DNA of 64,000 nucleotides from Leucoraja erinacea (lineage: Eukaryota). Below the pieces are notes generated by a model. That model was not told where the DNA came from. It worked only from the letters and a program-made list of their open reading frames with translations, and did not search any database. Positions 13,478 to 26,350 of the stretch are shown piece after piece. How positions within the stretch are numbered: position 1 is the first letter of the stretch; every line of letters begins with the position of its first letter. The stretch covers positions 3,410,001 through 3,474,000 of the forward strand of contig NC_073405.1 of assembly GCF_028641065.1 (NCBI RefSeq), in the 5' to 3' direction. Made by a program: the position numbers and the translations under genes.

Positions 13478-16400
13478 CAAGGTGCACAGATTATATCCGA
13501 GGAACCGGGTCTACACCATTGCCATCAAAATGATTCCTGTGCAGGGCACACAAGGAGAAACCACTGCCTTATTGATGTGAACTTTAGTTGAAAAGCTGCT
13601 CCAGATATGATCTTATTTCAATGTAGTCATATCTCCAGTAGTCTCTCTTCTCAAAGTCTCTTCTCAAAGCCTCTTCCCAGACTTAGATACAAGTTATGTT
13701 CTTTATTTACTGTAATACAAAAAGCTCAAACCTAAAGTTTCTGCTCCAATGATGCTCAATGTCAATGAGGTTCATGTATTGTTACTTCTAATTACAGTAA
13801 AAATGACTGGAACAACTTTCACTTATCCTTCTATTCATTGACCACAAACACTCTGGATGGTGGGAGGGCCTTCCACAGCTTCTAGACCAAGTCTGAAAAT
13901 TTTCTGAGATGACTCTGAAAGGAAAAGTAAACTAAATTTCAGTGATGTTCAGTAAGCAGATTTGTGCAAAATGCCTTGGTGGTTATGAAGTATAATGAAA
14001 ATAGTTTGAAAATATATTTTATTTTTCATGCCGAGAGATCCAGCAGACTTTGGCGGACCGAGCGTAAGTGTTGAACGCAATGATCGCCGAGTCTGTGCTT
14101 GGTCTCGCCGATGTACAGGAGGCCGCATCTGGAATACTGAATTCAGCACATGAGGTTAGTGGAGGTGTGTGTGAACCTCTGTCTCACCTGGAAGGACTGC
14201 CGGCATCCCTGGATGGATGTGGAATGTAGAATTTACGCACAAGGGATAAACCTACTTGATTTTGTCTTCACCAGTCTACCTTTGGCAGATACATCTGGCC
14301 CTGACATCATGCATAAGAGATAAAGTCCCATCTTCACACAGATGACACCTGCCATTGTTTTTTGATGACACAACAATGGTGGATTAGGGAATAGACCAGG
14401 ACAAATCAGACAATTCCAAGCTGGCTGTCCTCATTGTGTTACGAACTATCAAGGCACTGGAAATGTATCTCACCACAACCAACAACAACATTGCCCATAA
14501 AAAGTTTCCCTGGATTATTACATCAAGCAAATGTCATGCCAGCTTCAATAAGACAGACAAACAGGACATTTTGGGAGTGGCACCATTCACATTTTACCAA
14601 ATCAATTTTACCATTACAGGTATTAATGAAAGTATTTCAAATTTCAAATCTGGATTAAATGCATTATAATAACAACTGTTATGGTGATAAATTGCTGTGT
14701 CATAAATTCGCAGGATTAGTTACCCATTTAGATGACTCTGAAATTCCTCTATCACAGCGGGGTGTGATTATTATTTGGATCGGTGTGATTTATCCTTTTG
14801 CATGAGGTGCCCATTTCTACTGTTTCATTTCCTTCTGATTTTCCTTTGATTCTTGTGTCAAACGTACACGGAATGTCCAGAAATGGCTCCCGTCACAGGC
14901 AGGTCCTATGGTGGACTGGCAGCGGTAAAACTGGAGGGTTAATCTTATTTACACGGTCATCAGAAGGAGGATTAACAGAGTTCCTTTTCCTTTTTATATC
15001 TGACCTGGTTACTGTTAAGCAGATTACAGAATTACAGCCTGATCTAAGATGACCACACTCCTGTGTGTCCTTTATTGTAAACCAGCATCTGCAGTTCCTT
15101 GTTTCTATATTTTGGAAGAAAATGATCCTCAGACTAAAAAAGAAGTAGAAATAAGGTAAATAGTCACCCATCCACCTCTTTTCAACTGTTAATGCGATTT
15201 GAGGGAAATGGTATTAACATAGAGAGCCATAGAGTGATACAGAGTGGAAGCAGGCTCTTCGGCTCATCTTGCCTACACTGGCCAACATGTCCCAGCTACA
15301 TTAGTCCCACCTGCCCGTATTTGGTGCATATCCCTCCAAACTTGTCCTATCCATGTACCTGTCTAACCGTTTCTTAAATGTTGGGATAGTCCCTGCCTCA
15401 ACCCCCTCTGGCAGTTTGTTTCATTTATAAACCACCCTTTGTGTGAAAACGTGACCCCTCAGATTCCTATTAAATCTTTTCCTTTTCACCATAAACCTAT
15501 GTCCTCTGATCCTCGATTCACCTACTCTGGGCAAGAGACTCCGTACATCTATCCCGATCTATTCCTCTGATGATTTTATACATGTCTATAAGATCATCCC
15601 TCATCCTCTTGCTCTCCAAGGAATATGGAGTCCCAGCCTACTTAACCTCTCCGTACAGCTCAGACCCTCTAGTCCTGGCAACATCCTCATAAATATAAAA
15701 GAATAAACAGCTGTAGATGTTCTATCAATCAGTGGTGGTCAGTGCCATCTTCTTCGCTGTTGTGTTCAGGGGTAGCAGAGCGAAGGCCGCGGACACCAAC
15801 AGAATTGACAAGCTCATCAGGAAGGCTGGCTCCATCCTGGGGGTGGAGTTAGATTCACTGACGATAGTCTTGGAGGGGAGGATGATCCTTAAACTGTGGA
15901 GCATCTTGGACAATACCCCCTCCATGGCACACTCAAGCTGAGGAGCACCTTCAGCAACAGACTGGTTCCACAAAAACACCACAGGATATCCTTTTTCTCT
16001 GTGGCTATCAAACTACAACTTCTCCCCCTTCTACAGTGGGGTAGATTGACTGCTGCCCCCCCCCCCCCCCAATCCTGGACTTTCCACTCCACTTTAATTT
16101 CTTGTTGTGTTTTATGACTGTTGGCAAACCAATTTCCCTCCCGGGATAAGTAAAGTTCTATCGTATTGTAGCTGCTTTTTACTCCACTAGGACATATGTT
16201 TTAACTGCGGGATTGTCGTTTATATGATTTCCGTGAGTTGTACCTGAATCTTGGGGATCAGTTCCATACTGTATGCATGTAAATAGATTTATTTATTGAA
16301 ATCATATTCTATGTTGCTCTCCAGGGAAATGCTAACTGCATTTCGTTGTCTCTGACAATGGCAATTAGAGTTGAATCTGAATTACCCACTTTCTCCAGCC

Positions 16401-16675
16401 AGTTGAATTGAATTGAATAATTGAAAATGTATTAGCCAAGTATGTATACATAGAAGGAATCTGCCTTGGTGCTTTGCTCGCAGGTTGTGGGCAAACGAAG
16501 AAACAGAAAATTAGGTGCAAGAGTAGGCCATTCGGCCCTTGGAGCCAGCACCGCCATTCAATATGATCATGGCTGATCATCCACAACCAAAGATCTTCTA
16601 GCTGAGCTAGAAGATCTTTGTCCACAACGGTGGCTGCGGGGGCCAAGCTGGTTGGATAGACCTTCCTTGTCTGTT

Positions 16676-17320
16676 TTGATTGGTGGATGAAGAGTGGTCG
16701 TGATTGGTGGAGCGTGCGACCGCGGGCCTCTGATTGGTTTATTTCCACTGTGGGACTCTGTGATTGGTCTTCCTGTTGGTCATCTGATTGGTTTGCTCCA
16801 TTGGGCCTCTGTGATTGGTCTTCCTGTTGGGCATCTGATTGGTTTGCTCCATTGGGCCTCTGTGATTGGTCTTCCTGTTGGGCATCTGATTGGTTTGCTC
16901 CACTGGGTCTCTGTGATTGGTTCCATGTTGGGCTTCTGATTGGTTCGTTCCATTGGGTCTCTGATTGGTTCCGCTCCATTGGACCCTTGTGATTGGTCGC
17001 TTGATTGGGTTTCTGTGATTGGTCGTCCTGTCGGGTTCTTGTGATTGGTCGCCCTGTCGGGCTTCTGTGATTGGTCGCCCTGTTGGCCATCTGATTGGTT
17101 CCGCTCCATTGGACCCTTGTGATTGGTCGCTTGATTGGGTTTCTGTGATTGGTCGCCCTGTCGGGTTCTTGTGATTGGTCGCCCTGTCGGGCTTCTGTGA
17201 TTGGTCGCCCTGTTGGCCATCTGATTGGTTCCGCTCCATTGGACCCTTGTGATTGGTCGCTTGGTTGGGCTTCTGTGATTGGTCGTCCTGTCGGGCCTCT
17301 GTGATTGGTCGGCCTGTTGG
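16676..17320 (+). promoter_or_regulatory. Tandem CCAAT-box (ATTGG) minisatellite at the pole4 promoter
   Basis: About 33 ATTGG, mostly TGATTGG; 51-bp units (16759, 16810, 16861) and 130-bp units (16961, 17091, 17221). Confidence 0.75.
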
Positions 17321-17336
17321 GCGGGAAGGGCCGGTC

Positions 17337-17588
17337 ATGGAGGACGCGGAGAGTTCGGTATTGCCGCCGGTGCCGGTGCCGGTAGGGTCGGTGGGGGAAG
17401 ACGATCACGACCAGGACCAGGAGAGCCGGCAGAGCGCGCAGCTCGACGCCGAGGCGGAGACGGAGGCTGAGAGGCCACAACAGAAGCTGCTCCGGCTGCC
17501 GCTGAGCCGCATCAAGGGGCTGATAAAGGCCGACCCCGAGGTGACGCTGGCGAGTCAGGAGGCCGTGTTCGCCATCGGCAAGGCCACG
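17337..17588 (+). CDS. pole4: DNA polymerase epsilon subunit 4 exon 1
   Basis: MEDAESS...LLRLPLSRIKGLIKADPEVTLASQEAVFAIGKAT histone fold; donor gtgagc. Confidence 0.93.
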
Positions 17589-18832
17589 GTGAGCGGGCGG
17601 GACGGAGGGGGAGAGGAGGAGATGAGGTTTGAGAGTTACACAGAAAAGCTGGAGAAACTCAGCGGGTGCAGCAGCATCTATGGAGCGAAGGAGGATGATT
17701 CAAGAGTTAGATGTGGCCCTTGTGGCTAAAGGGATCAGGGGGTGTGGAGAGAAGGCAGGTACAGGATACTGAGTTGGATGATCAGCCATGATCATATTGA
17801 ATGGCGAATGGTGCAGGCTCGAAGGGCCGAATGGCCTACTCCTGCACCTATTTTCTATGTTTCTATTCAAGAGAGTTTATTGTCATGTGTCCCAGATAGG
17901 ACAATGAAATTCTTGCTTTGCAGGGATGGAGGGATGAAAGGATGGGGAGATGTTTTTATGTTTTAATGTTAAATTTCTTCTTTAATGCTATGTTGTATTT
18001 TTATTAGTGTGTTGCAAGAACATCTGAATTTCCCCTGAATAAGGGGATTAATAAAGTATTTATTATTATTATTGCGGGATGGGTTTTGGGAGGGTGAGGG
18101 GATGGGGATATGGGGAGGGAGGCCACTTCCAGGTATTCAGACATGCTCCCAGCTGACAATCACTTGCACTAATATAATGTAGAGTGATGCGATCACATTT
18201 ACAATGTTCTTGTGATCCCTTGAATGTTAGATCCAGCAAAGCAATATTCTGAATTCAGAATGTCCGAAGAAGGGTCTCGACCCGAAACGTTGCCTATTTC
18301 CTTCGCTCCATAGATGCTGCCTCATCATCTGCTGTTTTTCCAGCATTTTTGTCTACCTTCTGAATTCAAAAGCTCTATGTTACAACTGGTTTAATGTAGC
18401 GTGAGATCTATCTGTGCACGTCAAATCTTCCCCTATTTTCCTTCAGAATAATGTCTTCAGGTAGATTTTAATTCAGCGTCTGCATGCTAGGAACAGCTGT
18501 ATTACACATTGAAGCCTTCTAGTTGGTAATTGGTAAATCCAGATTTATTTACTTTCGAGTTTCCATTTCCGATGATTGTGCCGCAGTTCATATATGCAAG
18601 TATTCTCTGATAATAAATAATTACATTGATTATATGCAAGGGAGAATTGATTTTAAATTAAAGGTTTTCTTATTTTAAAAATGCATCAAGGGTCTACTTT
18701 TGGGCTGTCTGAGGAGAAAAGGGACAGGCCTGTTTCTGAAAAAGACCAGAGGCCCATTGGAATTCTGTAACAGACTTCCTGGATGATCAAAATGCCCCAA
18801 TGATGAAACGGCTTGTTTGTTTCTGCTGACAG

Positions 18833-18917
18833 GAGCTATTTGTTGAGGTGATTGCCAAGGATGCGTACACATTTGCACTGCAAGCAAAACGTAAAACGAT
18901 CCAGCGGAAGGACTTGG
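18833..18917 (+). CDS. pole4: POLE4 exon 2
   Basis: gacag / gtgagt boundaries; ELFVEVIAKDAYTFALQAKRKTIQRKDL. Confidence 0.95.
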
Positions 18918-19354
18918 GTGAGTCTGACAGATTAGCTGTCGTATCATGTTCCACAATGTCAGCTTGCATGAAAGTCATTGTTCTTGATGTGCATGACAAA
19001 CTCGATTTTCATAAGTTCATAAGTGATAGGAGCAGAATAAGGACATTCAGCCCATCAAATCTACTCCGCCATTCAATCATGGCCGATGTATCTTTCCCTC
19101 TCAACACCATACCCCTGCCTTAACCCCTAACACCTGTATTAATCGAGAATCTATTTATCTCTGCCTTAAAAATATCCACCGATGGCCTCCACAGCCTTCT
19201 GTGGCAATGGAATCCACAGATTCAACACCCTCAGTCTAAAGGTTGAGATTGTGAGATAAGTTGGGGATTGGACGACATTGCCTCAGTCAGTTTTGATTTT
19301 GATTTGAAATTGTCCATATTGCTGAAAGATGATTTTGTTTTATCTTTCTTTCAG

Positions 19355-19396
19355 ATCATGCCGTAGATGCTGCAGATGAATTTGCATTTTTAGAAG
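19355..19396 (+). CDS. pole4: POLE4 exon 3 (GC donor)
   Basis: Acceptor tctttcag; (D)HAVDAADEFAFLE; donor AG/gcaagt. Confidence 0.88.
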
Positions 19397-21556
19397 GCAA
19401 GTGTGTTGTGTGTGCATCCCCATCTTTGTCGTGGATCCCTGCTCTTTGGCTCCCACACGCTGTTATCCCTATCAGGAATTTGGGAAATTAACTAAACTGG
19501 CTTTTTTAATTTGCTTCTAGTTGTACAGTAGAAGGAATTGTTGGTGCAAGTGACATATTGCATCATTGATGTAAAGACATGACTTTATGTGTTAGACTTT
19601 GCTGATGCTAAATTTTGTTTAGAACCAAAAATATTAAAAGTATGAGCCCCATTCTGTTGTTTTTAACCACTTATCTAACCTTAAAAGATGTTTTCAATCT
19701 AAAATAACCTCTGGCCTTGTATGTTATAACCTTGCAAATCTCCCTTTAAACACTGCTCAATCAGTGGAATTGGTACTTGGCATATCAAATTATTTCGTGA
19801 TTTTAAATTGCTCATGTGAGACCATTTCTGTGAGAACTTCTTTCTGCAGATGAAGCAGCTTCACGCTTAGTCTGTGTGTCCCAATTGCTTCAGTGCAATT
19901 TTAGAATGTGGTGTCTAACTTTCATTTTCAAATTTGAGGAACAGCACCTCATATTTCGCTTGGGCAGCTTACAACCCAGCGGTATGAATTATGATTTCTC
20001 TAACTTTAGGTAACCCTTGCTTTCCCTCTCTCTCCATCCCTCCCCCATCCTAGTTCTCCGACCATTCTGACTGTCTTCCTGATTACATTTGTTTAAGAAG
20101 GAACTGGAGATGCTTTAAAATCGAAGGTAGAGAAAAGTGCTGGAGAAACTCAGCGGATGCAGCAGCATCTATGGAGCAAAGGAAATGGGCAACGTTTCGG
20201 GCTGAAACGTTGCCTATTTCCTTCACTCCATAGATGCTGCTGCACCCGCTGATTTTCTCCAGCACGTTTGTCTACCTTCCTGATATATCTTTGTATGCTT
20301 CGTTGTCACCTTCCCCTAGCTAACAATGATCTATTCTCCATTTTATTTTTACTTCGACCCCTTTGTTATCGCATTTTCACACCTTACCCTTCCACGTCTC
20401 TGTCTCTCCCTCTCCCATGACGTCTGTCTGTAGAAGGGTCTCGACCCAAAACATTACCCATTCCTTCTGTCCAGAGTTGCTGCCTGCCCCGCTGAGTTAC
20501 TCCTGCATTTTGTGTCTATCTTCAGTGTAAACCTGCGTCTAGAGGTCCTTCCAACTCAATAATCTCCATCTTCTGCCTTTGCCATAAAAGCTGCATTCAT
20601 TATCTTTGTTTACAATGTCCTTATCACATTGTGATGTATGTTCTTTAAAACATTAATTTGCTTTTCTATTTGAACTGGCTTTATCTCCATTAATATAATA
20701 ATTGTCCAACTGAATCCAGTTTTGTTTGTATTGTTGGCAAGGTTGATCCTCATACTATACCCCATACCCTAGTATTGCTTATAAATGTGGATAGTCTGAA
20801 TCCTAAACAGAAGTGATCCCGAGCCAAAAGTCGCTAGAATGCTGCGTTGGGCATCAAGTCTTGGCTCGGTGGTAATAGTTTCTGGATTATGGGTTTCGAA
20901 GGTCTTTTATTGTCACATGTACCAATTAAGGTTCAGTTACCACATCAAGCACTGTAGCACATTATTTATAGTGACATGGGAGTGCAGGGTGCTAATACAA
21001 GGCTTAATGTAAAGTCTAAGCATTTATACTATATGTATTGTCCTTCCACAAAATGTTTTATGATCTATTTACTGTGAACTAATATCCTCTCATAATTAAT
21101 CTGGAATATCTCAAGCACGTGACCTGAAACATTTCCTCTTTGGAGATGCTGTCTGACTGAATATTCTCAGCAGTTTTACTTGCAGGATTTCATCTTTATT
21201 GTATCTTGCTTTTGATTTAACACATTCTTTGTGCGACCATCTGCTTTGCAACTTTCACATAACTCTCTCCCTTGGAAACAAGATATGATTGGTAGTGAAT
21301 CTGTACAGTGAGATACGCTAATTCTTATAATTGTACTGGAGGATCTGACTTCAAACAGATAAACTTGTTTGAATATAAAAATGATTTTTCTTTCCAAATA
21401 TGATTTTGCCATACATCAGGATATGTCAAATGTGTAGATTTGGTGTATCACTATTATGATGGGCAGGGCAGTAGTCTTTGCTGTTTGGGTTATATGGTTC
21501 AAACGTCTGATGCAAGTTTGTATACATCAGTGAGTTTCCTGTTTTTATTCTTCCAG

Positions 21557-21570
21557 GAACTCTGGAGTGA
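21557..21570 (+). CDS. pole4: POLE4 exon 4 coding end
   Basis: Acceptor ttcttccag, then (G)TLE*, matching the human ending FLEGTLD*; total 393 nt = 130 aa + stop. Confidence 0.8.
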
Positions 21571-24500
21571 AATGAAGAAGGGTTTCACGAGGCCAAAGTA
21601 ACTCCATTGATAGACATGCACATTATATATGTATATTTTGTATAATTTGTAAAAAGAGAGTTGTACATGTTGTGTGAGTTCAGGCGTGAATGTTTTCATA
21701 AATGTTAAATAACTTGCGTCATGAAATTTCTGTGACTTTTTTTCAATATTTCCTTTTCCTATTGAAATTTCCTTTTTCAATATTTCCATGACCTGTCAGA
21801 TGTGAAAGAAAATCGTACTGAAATAATACTATGTGTCTGATCAGTAGTTTACATGGAACAGATTTACCTTGCAATTTAAACCTCTGCATAGCTAGCACCC
21901 AGTGCTTGTGAAGTTTAGACTTTAGAGATACAGAGTGGAAACAGGCCCTGTGGCCCACCGAGTCCATGCCGTCCAGCAATCACCCCACACACCAGCGCTA
22001 CCCGACACACAAGGGACAATTGACAGAAGCAAATTAACCTATAAACAAAACATTTAAGATGATGTTGCCAAGACACAAGGGTCTGAACTAGAGGGAGAGG
22101 TTGAGTAAGCTGGGTCTCTATTCTTTGGAGCACAGGAGGTTGAGGGATGATCTTATAGAGGTGTATAAAATCATGAGAGGAATAGATCGGGTAGACGCAC
22201 AGAGTCTCTTGCCCAGAATTGGTGAATCGGGAACCAAAGGCAACATGTTTAAAGTGAAGGGGAAAAGATTTAATAAGAATCTGAGGGGTAATCTTTTCAC
22301 ACCATGGATGGTGGGTGTATGGAACAAGCTGCCAGAGGAGGTAGTTGAGGCTGGGACTATCCCAACGTTTAAGACATAGTTCGACAAGTACATGGATAGG
22401 ACGGGTTTGGAGGGATATGGGCCAAACGCGGGCTGGTGGAACAAGTGTAGTTGGGACATGTTGGCTGGTGCGGGCAAGTTGGGCCGAAGGGCCTGTTTCC
22501 GCACTGTATGACTCTTTGCAGTGGGTGGACACGAGAGCACCCCTGGAAAAAACCCAGATGATGACATGGAGAACGTGTAAACTCCGTGCAGACAGCACCC
22601 ATAGTTAGGATCAAACCTGGGTGTCTGGCGCTGTAAAGCAGCAACTCTACCGCTCCTCCACTATACTGCCCCCCAGGTTATGTTACAATATAAGTGAGCA
22701 GAACCTGCAGCAGGGCTGCAAGAGTTCCTCTCGGGGGTGACCCAGCATCCACCATCGGCTGCTTAATAAAGAAACCTTTTTCCATCATAAAGATTGCGCT
22801 GGATATGTACAGTTATCTGTAAACAATATTCCACCATTAATAACTCCTTTAGTTAAGCAATGTGTGTCTGCGTGCAGTGGAATCCAGACCGCATTAAGGC
22901 ATGGGCTGATATGTGGTGAGTGGCATTTGTTGGACGTGTGACAATGATGCCCATTTTCAACCAGGATAACTCATCCATCACTTTCAGTGATATTACCATT
23001 GAGTTTCCTATCATCAATGCCCAGAGAGAGAAATACAACTAGTCCAGCCACACTCAAACTGTTGCAGTGAGTGCGCCGACTCCTGACTTTCCAAAACCTT
23101 TGCATTGTCTAAAAAGCAGAAGCCAGGAATATGACGGAACACACTCCCATTGCCTAGAGGATTACAGGTTCAACGGTAGACTAAGCTGAATAACAGCTGG
23201 GAAAAATCAGTTCAGTGGCACCCAGAGCTTGGGCTACTTCAACAGCACTCCTAAACATGCAACCCCCCCCCCCCAAGAAGGACTATGGCAGCAAGTACAT
23301 GAGAATATTACATCGGTAGAACCTCATCCCATGATCTACATCGTTAATTTTGCCTCAGTGGCTGTCTGAATCCTAGAACTCCTTACCCCAAACCAATGAG
23401 GGGGTTTGTGCAGAAGAAGGACTGCAGCAGTTGAAGAAGGTAGCTCACCATTACTTGTTAAAGGGGAATTAAGGAGCGCCAATAAATGGTGACCTTGCCA
23501 GCTGTTCCCATATTGATGTTCATTAGTCACAGGAGTAGAATTAGGCCATTCGGCCCATCAAGTCTGCCCTGCCATTCATGCAGATAAAGGATTGCAGCTG
23601 CTCAAGAAGGTAGCTCACCACCACTTATTCAACGTCTATTAAGGAGCGTCAATAAAAGTTGACCTTGCTAGCTTTTCCCATTTAGGTTTATAAGTTATAG
23701 GTGCAGAATTAGGCCGTTCAGCCCATCGTGTCTACTCTACCATTCAATCATAGCTGATGTATCTTTCCCACTCAACCCAATTTTCCTGCCTTCACCCAAC
23801 TTTCGACACATTTACCAATCAAGAGACTCAATCTCTGCTTTAAAAATACCCGATGATTTCGCCACTACAGCTGTCTGTGGCAATGGATTCAACAGATTCA
23901 CTACCCTGTGTCTCAAGAGATTCTTCTCCAACTTTCTAAAGGTATGTCCTTTTATTCTGAGGCTGTGCCCTCTAGTCCTAGACTCTCCCACTACGGCAAA
24001 CATCCTCTCCGCATCTACTCTATCCAAACCCTTCACTATTTGGTGGGTTTCAATGAGATCCCTCCCTCATCCTTCTAAACTCCAGCGAGCATGGGCCCAG
24101 AACCGTCAAATACTCATCGCATGTTAATCTGATTAGCCCTGGGATTATTCTCATAAACCTTCTCTGGCCCCTCTCCAATGCCAGCACATCCCTCCTCAGA
24201 TATGGGGCTCAAAACTGCTCAATACTCCAAATGCTGTCAAACCAGTACCTTATAAAGCCTCAGTGTCACATCCTTTCTTTTATAGTCTAGTCCTCTGGAA
24301 ATGAATGCTAACATTGCATCTGCTTTCCTTACTACCGATTCAACCTGCAAATTGACCTTTTGGCAATCCTGCACCAGCGCTTCCAAATCCCTTTGCACCT
24401 CTGATATTTTGTAAATAAAAACAGCTATTGTTGGCTTTAGCTGATCTCTCTTCAGCACAGGATTTCTGTGCTGCTTCCTGGGTGTGGGAATGATAGAGGT

Positions 24501-25519
24501 TGGAACATGTGGGCTATAGTGGGATGGATTTTCTTTCTAAGTAAGAACCTGATGTGGTGTTTATCCTCTTCGTATAGTCGCATGTAACCTACTTTGCTGA
24601 TTTAGTGTCACCTGCCTGGATTGTGTTTCCTCATTGTTAAACCAACACAAACGTGTCAGGAGTTTAAAATACTCTGGAGAGAAATTGCTGAGCTGTACAA
24701 AGAATATCATTAACCTGTGAGTCTTTAGAGCTACAGTGTGGAAACAGGCCCTTCAGCCCTCCGAGTCCACGCCGACCAGCGAGCACTTAGCACTATCCTA
24801 CGCACTAGAGACAATTTACAATTTACAGAAGCCAATTAACCTACAAACCTGTACATCTTTGGAGTGTAGGAGGAAACAAGAGCACCCGCTGAAAACCCAC
24901 TCAGTCACAGGAAGAATGTACGAACTCCGTACAGACAGCACCCGTAGACAGGATTGAACCCGGGTCTCTGGCGCTGTGCAGCAGCAACACTACCGCTGTG
25001 CCAACCTGCCGCCCTAAAGATTGTGTGGTTGTCAGATTTTTAAGGATAATCCTGCCCATGGAATAATTGAGCTTGTCACTGAATTCTCACAGCTTTTCTA
25101 AAGGCTCAGTTCTGATCTTTCAAACTATTTGAATTTTGCCTGAATCTAACAATACATTTATATTTATTAGATTTTATACATTTATACACTTATGAACTCT
25201 TGCAATAGTTTTCACAATTCTGCATATATTAATACATCTATATTAAAAATATAAACATATGCATATTATACAACAATGTGCCGTGGAGTCACCACAGTTT
25301 GTTTTTTGGGTTGTCTTTTTTTAAAGAAAGTCTGTCACATAGACAGCCAATTTATTTACATAATGTTTTTAAACAGATTCCTGTGAGTCCATTCCTTCCA
25401 GATTTTTTGAAGATGTCTTGTCTCACTTCCTCGGCAATAGTTATTCTGTGACGCTACATTTGTTCCCTGACTGACATTCATGGTTTTCTCTCTGGATGGT
25501 GATTGAAGGACTTTTTTAG

Positions 25520-25792
25520 ACTTTAGAGCTGCAGCGTGGAAGCAGGCCCTTCAGCCCACCGAGTTGACCAGCGATCGCAGCCCCATACTAGCACCATGCT
25601 ATGGACTAGGGTCAATCCACAGAGGCCAATTAACCTGCAAACATGTACGTCTTTGAAGTGTGGGAGGAAACCGGAGCACCTGGAGAAAGCCCACGCGGTC
25701 ACAATGAGAATGTACAAACTCCGTACAGGCAACACCTGTAGTCGGGATCGAACCCGGGTTTCTGGCGCTGTAAGGCAGCAGTTCTACCGCTG
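25520..25792 (-). mobile_element. HE1-type tRNA-derived SINE in the admp 3' UTR
   Basis: Head cagcggtagaactgctgccttacagcgccagaaacccgggttcgatcc with a B box; family tail ggccgaagggcctg; many similar copies (about 1165, 4563, 12795, 24720, 30241, 53940, 55130, 57410). Confidence 0.85.
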
Positions 25793-25805
25793 TAGAGTGG
25801 GTGAA

Positions 25806-26197
25806 CTAATGGCATCCACAACTGCCAGCGACCATGTCATCGTACTGTTTCAGCACCACGTTTTCATCGTCATCAAAGTACAGCAGGTTGATGGAGAAGA
25901 GTTTATCTGGGACGCAGCAAGGAGTTGCAACACCATTGGTCAGCTTGAGAGCGTTTATAATGGATTGGACGGTGGCGTGGTTGGTAGGTCTCATGTTCTG
26001 GCCCAGTGGGAAAACGCACGCTCCTTTACAGTGGTAGGCGTTGTACCCCCGAGGAGAGATGATCCAGCCAGACCAGCCGATCTCTTCAAAATCCACGTAG
26101 AGAGGATATCTCTGGCAGCCCAGCAGGTTTGCAGACCTCGTGTTCCGGCTCTGGCTTGCTTTGTTGTGAAGGGTCATCTCAGGGAGGAATTGAGTCT
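25806..26197 (-). CDS. admp: ADMP exon 5: mature TGF-beta/BMP cystine-knot domain
   Basis: Acceptor gccacag; RNTR furin site; CQRYPLYVDFEEIGWSGWIISPRGYNAYHC...PTNHATVQSIINALKL...YDDMVAGSCGCH*. Confidence 0.95.
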
Positions 26198-26228
26198 CTG
26201 TGGCAACATCAGAATTAACAATGTTTAA

Positions 26229-26350
26229 GAAGGAACTGCAGATGCTGGAGAATCGAAGGTACACAAAAAAGCTGGAGAAACTCAGCGGGTGCAGCAGCAT
26301 CTATAGATGCTGCTGCACCCGCTGAGTTTCTCCAGCTTTTTTGTGTACCT
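26229..26350. mobile_element. Palindromic repeat insertion with 19-20 bp target-site duplication
   Basis: cagaattaacaatgtttaa at 26210-26228 and 26351-26369; perfect palindrome 26257-26350. Confidence 0.85.

Noticed and set aside
16365-17480. 371-aa repetitive ORF antisense to pole4
   Set aside because: By-product of the CCAAT minisatellite plus antisense pole4 exon 1 and a CR1 tail; no recognisable domain
25536-26228. 230-aa + strand ORF
   Set aside because: SINE plus antisense shadow of admp exon 5
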